Assembly: GCA_042576345.1 (NCBI GenBank)
Contig: JBHPCE010000001.1
Location: 1 to 61,831 of the forward strand
Reading direction: 5' to 3'
From: Candidatus Babelota bacterium
Lineage (GTDB): Bacteria; Babelota; Babeliae; Babelales; GCA-2401785
DNA: 61,831 nucleotides
A program made the translations under genes and the position numbers. Below the pieces are notes generated by a model. That model was not told the DNA's origin and did no database searches. It saw only the letters and a program-made list of their open reading frames with translations. How positions within the stretch are numbered: the stretch's first letter is position 1; every line of letters starts with the position of its first letter. Positions 58,091-61,831 of this stretch are shown here, piece by piece.

Positions 58091-59488
58091 GTGGTTAAAA
58101 AATTAATATTATTACCTTTAGCTTTTTTTGGCCTTGGAAGGCCAGCACATCAACTTTCAGCAACGGCAAAAGTAGCTTCTGGTGCATTCTTTGCCGGCGG
58201 CACATTTGTTTTGCTGCGCGACATAGCCAGGTGTATAAAAAAAAGAAAAATAAGTAAAGAAGCTGCAATGCGGATTACAGCAAGTCTTACGGTAATGGGA
58301 CTTTCTGGTTGGCATCTTTATTATGCTTGGCAACAAGCACATGCAGTAGAGCCTGAACCAGAACCAGAGCCTGACGAACCAGCAGTCCCATTGGAAATAC
58401 CATCTGTTCCAAGTGCTGCACATTTATCTGAAGGAGTTCGTGTCAAAATAGGTGGACGAACAATCAGCGATAAAGAAAAGCTAGAGTTTTTTGAACGTAT
58501 AAAGACTAAAGTTGCCTTTGCACAGTTTATAGAATCTCTTTGGACTCATGGCCATTTTGGCGCTAGTACTGAAGATGGATTAGCTTATCCTCTTATTGAA
58601 TTTTCGGATTTGGGAGAACGAGTCTCTTTCGATAATCTTGGACTTTCTTTAAAATCGAATGAAACTGCTTTGCGCAGCATAACCCTTGATGGGTTGTCAC
58701 TTCACGCAAGTTTATATTTGAAACAAGCCTATTTGGCAAGTTTTACGTGTAGATCTGCAAGCTTGATAAGTGTTGTGTTTGATGGGTGCACCACTACCAA
58801 AGCAGATTTTAGTGGGTCTGATTTTGAAAAATGTTATTTGCATGGTGTTGATCTCTGCCATTCCGTAATGTATACACCTCATGGTGAATATGTGGAACAA
58901 GTAATCCAAGTAGCAATTGATCAAGGTGCGCAGTTGGAGGCCACAGAAAAGCTTAAACGTTTTAATGAAGCCTATAATTTTTTAGCTAAATCTGATTTTA
59001 AGACTTGGTTTGAAGGTTGGTCGCATTCTTGTTCGTGTACATACATAAGAGACTCAACAATAAAAGAAACTGATCTTTCTAATGCAGATCTTAGGGTTGT
59101 ACATTTTAACAACGTCGAGTTAATAAATTCAAGTTTTGAACATACAGATTTGAGGCTTTCTCACTTTATTGAATGTAATTTTGATAAAGTATCTTTTGTT
59201 GGTGCTAAAACTCTTGGCGCGTGGTTTCGGGATTGCAATTTAAGTGACTCGGATCTAAGTGGATTAGATTTCTCTAGAACGAATATGAAAAGAACAAACC
59301 TTCGCGGAGCAGATCTTTCTAATACAGTTTTTGCGAAAGCAGATTTGAGAGAAATGGATTTTTCTAATGTTAAATTAATTGAAGGTGCAATCTTCTATGA
59401 TGCTCGGATTGACACTAGCCAAAGAGAAGTGTTGCAAAGCCGTGGCATACCTGAAGAAGCATTGCAAGGTGTTCACTGGGCGGTTTGA
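58091..59488 (+). CDS. Pentapeptide-repeat protein with an N-terminal hydrophobic hairpin and an EP-rich linker
   Basis: The C-terminal half is made of A(D/N)LxX-type pentapeptide repeats (ADLSNADLRVVHFNNVELINSSFEHTDLRLSHFIECNFDKVSF...NLRGADLSNTVFAKADLREMDFSNVKL). The linker reads EPEPEPEPDEPAVP. Confidence 0.8.
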   Translation: MVKKLILLPLAFFGLGRPAHQLSATAKVASGAFFAGGTFVLLRDIARCIKKRKISKEAAMRITASLTVMGLSGWHLYYAWQQAHAVEPEPEPEPDEPAVPLEIPSVPSAAHLSEGVRVKIGGRTISDKEKLEFFERIKTKVAFAQFIESLWTHGHFGASTEDGLAYPLIEFSDLGERVSFDNLGLSLKSNETALRSITLDGLSLHASLYLKQAYLASFTCRSASLISVVFDGCTTTKADFSGSDFEKCYLHGVDLCHSVMYTPHGEYVEQVIQVAIDQGAQLEATEKLKRFNEAYNFLAKSDFKTWFEGWSHSCSCTYIRDSTIKETDLSNADLRVVHFNNVELINSSFEHTDLRLSHFIECNFDKVSFVGAKTLGAWFRDCNLSDSDLSGLDFSRTNMKRTNLRGADLSNTVFAKADLREMDFSNVKLIEGAIFYDARIDTSQREVLQSRGIPEEALQGVHWAV

Positions 59489-59513
59489 AGTCTTAAGTAC
59501 AACACTTCGTTCA

Positions 59514-59772
59514 TTATAAAACAACTCCAGTTTCTTTAAAAATAACTTGCGCAGGTGTCTGAAAATTCAGGGTTTTTCGGGGTCTTCTATTAAGTTTACG
59601 CATAATCTCATTAATTTCATCATCCGATACATCGTCAAAATTTGTGCCCTAAGGCAAATATTGTCTGACAAGGGGGGGGGGGGGGTTGGTTGCACAATTT
59701 CTCCATTGACGCATGTAGTAACGAATTGTGAGCTGTACAAAGACTACTGCAAACTCTCTTTTTTTTTACCCC
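59514..59772 (-). mobile_element. Remnant of an IS30-family transposase gene (3' end only, with an in-frame stop)
   Basis: The minus-strand translation is ...QWRNCATNPPPPLVRQYLP*GTNFDDVSDDEINEIMRKLNRRPRKTLNFQTPAQVIFKE...*. This matches the conserved IS30 C-terminus (WQRG.NENTNGL.RQY.PKGTD...LN.RPRK.L...TP.EVF). Confidence 0.7.
59672..59685 (+). repeat. Homopolymeric G14 tract
   Basis: Counted directly. It lies inside the IS30 remnant, where it reads as PPPP on the minus strand. Confidence 0.95.
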
Positions 59773-59844
59773 TAGGTATTGAACTTCAAATTTCAAAGTA
59801 GGTGGTAGTCAAATCCGCAAACATAACAAAAAAAACATAACCCC

Positions 59845-60672
59845 CTACGCTAGCGGCAACGGCTGTTTTCGGCCTTGCCAAAACTCTGGGCCATAGTCAA
59901 TTAAAAGCTGCTCTCCAGGCTTAATATCTCTGGCTGCTACAAAAACTAAGTGCCACAAGCCCCTGTGGTAGACGTATTCACCATCAACGTTTCTTTTCGA
60001 GTCGTGGTTCAGAAATCTGAAATAATTACCCTCTCTCATAACATCGATTACAAACTGTCTGTCAGGATTAGCCGAGGGATAGTGAAATAAGTAGTCATTT
60101 TGATGGCTTACTTTGTACACCGGCACAATCTGACCTGCGCATTCACCCAGAAAATCGCCTTTTTTTATCTTGCCTTTTGCGTAAACACCATATCCAACCA
60201 GACTGTTTGTCCATCCAACATAGATCGAACCAATTTCCTTGGAATCAAGTTTTTTTCCAAAGCGCTTTACCATATCTTTTTGATAAGTTCGTTCATCCTT
60301 GCAAAGGTTTATTTGAACATCATCGTCAAAAACATCTAAAGTGGAAGCTACAAGAGAATCTTGGTACTGAGCACCTAGCGCAGGAAAGTCCTTTTTCCAA
60401 TATTTTTTACTTTTAAGTGCTGCCAAGTGAGTTATCTTTTCAACACCTTTTGCAGCAACATCTTTTTCCGAAATCTTGGATTCCACAACCTTAAGAGCAT
60501 GCTTTATGATTGGATTACTAGACTTTTTGTACCCAGAAGGCATTCTAAACTTTGATTTTTTTAATATCCCAGAGCCCTTATGCCGCCTAAAACCACCTGC
60601 AAGTGCACAAAAACTATAAAAGCCCATCAGTGTAACTAACATTGTTAAAAATCTTTGTGAATAAACTTTCAT
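59845..60672 (-). CDS. SET-domain protein (putative protein lysine methyltransferase) with a signal/anchor N-terminus
   Basis: It carries GYGVYAKGKIKKGDFLGECAGQIV, FRFLNHDSKRN (in place of the NHSCxPN box) and GEQLLIDYG (the ELxxDY box). Confidence 0.75.
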   Translation of the reverse strand: MKVYSQRFLTMLVTLMGFYSFCALAGGFRRHKGSGILKKSKFRMPSGYKKSSNPIIKHALKVVESKISEKDVAAKGVEKITHLAALKSKKYWKKDFPALGAQYQDSLVASTLDVFDDDVQINLCKDERTYQKDMVKRFGKKLDSKEIGSIYVGWTNSLVGYGVYAKGKIKKGDFLGECAGQIVPVYKVSHQNDYLFHYPSANPDRQFVIDVMREGNYFRFLNHDSKRNVDGEYVYHRGLWHLVFVAARDIKPGEQLLIDYGPEFWQGRKQPLPLA

Positions 60673-60835
60673 GATTCAATTCTCCTTTGCTCATACAATC
60701 CCTACAATCAATAAAATTTTATATCGATCTAAACACTCCGTGCGCAAGTTGTGGCGTTTTCGCTGTATCTTAGTATGATTACTTGTTGTAAGGCTATCAG
60801 TAGCAAAAAACAACTTATTGGCTTTAATTACGGTT

Positions 60836-61831
60836 ATGATTGAACTAAAAAACATTTCACTGACACTTGGGAACAAAGAACTTTTCAGAAATTTTTCCAT
60901 GCTACTTTCCAAAAAACGCCGCATAGGTGTTGTTGGACGCAACGGAAGCGGCAAATCTACCCTTTTAAAACTTGTAACGGGCCTCTTAACGCCAGACTCT
61001 GGCTCTATCGAGACAAAAAAAGGTCAAACAATTGCCTATGTTCCTCAAGAAATGGTTTTTGAGACAACAAAAACTATCTTTCAAGAAGCTATGATGGCCT
61101 TTGAAGATCAAATCCACTCCAAAGAAGCTTTGGATGGGCTGATTGAAAAATACGAATCACAACATACGTCATCGTCTGACGAACTTGCAGAACAAATACA
61201 CACACTTTCCGAAAAAATTAAAGACACAAATTTTAACCAGCTCGAAAAGAAAGCTCAGCAAGCCCTGTTTGGTCTTGGTTTTGACGAGAAACAAATGAAT
61301 CAGCCCGCATCAACACTAAGCGCTGGCTGGAAAATGCGCCTACTTCTGGCAAAACTATTGCTTCAAAATGCCGACTTTTATCTCTTTGATGAACCTACAA
61401 ACCACCTGGATATTGTCGCCAGAGACTGGTTTTTGGACTTCGTACAAAAATCCAATTTCGGTTTTTTACTTGTCAGTCACGACCGATATTTTCTAGATCA
61501 CGCCTGCTCCCACATCTTAGACCTAGATCAAAAACCACCAAAACTTTATGTTGGAACGTACGCTAATTTTTTAGAAAAAAGAAAACACGACTTGGAAATC
61601 TTAAAAGCGGCTGTCGTTAACCAAGAGAGAATGATAAAAGCCAAACTAGCTACAGCAGAGCGATTTCGAGCAAAATCCAGCAAAGCAAAAATGGCTCAAA
61701 GTATTTTCAAAGAAGTAGAAAAAATTGAAAAAATAGAGCTTCCCCAAGAGACAAGTTCAATCAAAATCAAGTTTAAAGATATACCGCGTTCTGGAAAAAT
61801 CACCCTAGAAACCAAGAACTTGTCCAAATCT
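60836..61831 (+). CDS. ABC-F family ATPase, with its 3' end outside the window
   Basis: It begins MIELKNISLTLGNKELF. Walker A is GRNGSGKST, the signature is LSAGWKMRLLLAKLL and Walker B is FYLFDEPTNHLD, followed by an ABC-F-type linker. There is no stop before the window end, so it is absent from the ORF track. Confidence 0.85.
   Translation, partial: MIELKNISLTLGNKELFRNFSMLLSKKRRIGVVGRNGSGKSTLLKLVTGLLTPDSGSIETKKGQTIAYVPQEMVFETTKTIFQEAMMAFEDQIHSKEALDGLIEKYESQHTSSSDELAEQIHTLSEKIKDTNFNQLEKKAQQALFGLGFDEKQMNQPASTLSAGWKMRLLLAKLLLQNADFYLFDEPTNHLDIVARDWFLDFVQKSNFGFLLVSHDRYFLDHACSHILDLDQKPPKLYVGTYANFLEKRKHDLEILKAAVVNQERMIKAKLATAERFRAKSSKAKMAQSIFKEVEKIEKIELPQETSSIKIKFKDIPRSGKITLETKNLSKS

Noticed and set aside
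1-61831. Whole-window scan for rRNA, tRNA, CRISPR repeats and intact transposase or integrase genes.
   Set aside because: None was found by eye. The only regularly spaced repeats are in-frame coding tandem repeats. The only transposase signal is the decayed IS30 3' end at 59514-59772.

Overview
This is an AT-rich 61.8-kb chromosomal window from a Gram-negative bacterium. Its gene content suggests a host-dependent lifestyle (intracellular or protist/amoeba-associated). The taxon cannot be named from sequence alone. The housekeeping backbone comprises two LonA proteases, RF1, L31, a SIS-type PGI/PMI isomerase, two SurA-like chaperones, MurF, FtsK, GatC/GatA, Dus, MreC, GlmM, GrpE, two tandem HtrA-type proteases, MATE, LysE, an AGCS symporter, a LolD-type ABC ATPase and an ABC-F ATPase cut by the window end. 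Metabolite-scavenging genes are two tandem Tlc/NTT-type nucleotide transporters and a NupC nucleoside permease. The accessory content is as follows. (1) A Hint-domain protein, cut by the window start, is followed by three tandem paralogous small ORFs, one of them frameshifted; this is the architecture of a polymorphic toxin/immunity cassette. (2) Five copies of a roughly 150-170 bp nested-palindromic MITE are present, and two of them bracket nupC. (3) A set of secreted or membrane proteins carries eukaryote-like or low-complexity domains: RanBP2-type zinc fingers, a SET domain, pentapeptide repeats, a Cys-rich repeat protein of 1038 aa and an 820-aa coiled coil. Many of these share a 'TM - basic loop - TM' hydrophobic hairpin. 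(4) A small surface-protein family shares a promoter box, contains a perfectly identical 137-bp segment, and has a C11 homopolymer that splits one gene. (5) A mosaic region holds a SET-gene fragment, a pentapeptide-repeat gene, an IS30-type transposase remnant with a G14 tract, and an intact SET gene. Tandem or nearby paralog pairs are unusually frequent: Lon, NTT, outer-membrane proteins, HtrA, the membrane partners of the ABC ATPase, and SET. No rRNA, tRNA, CRISPR array or intact transposase was seen. All functional calls rest on motifs read by eye from the translations, and no database search was possible.
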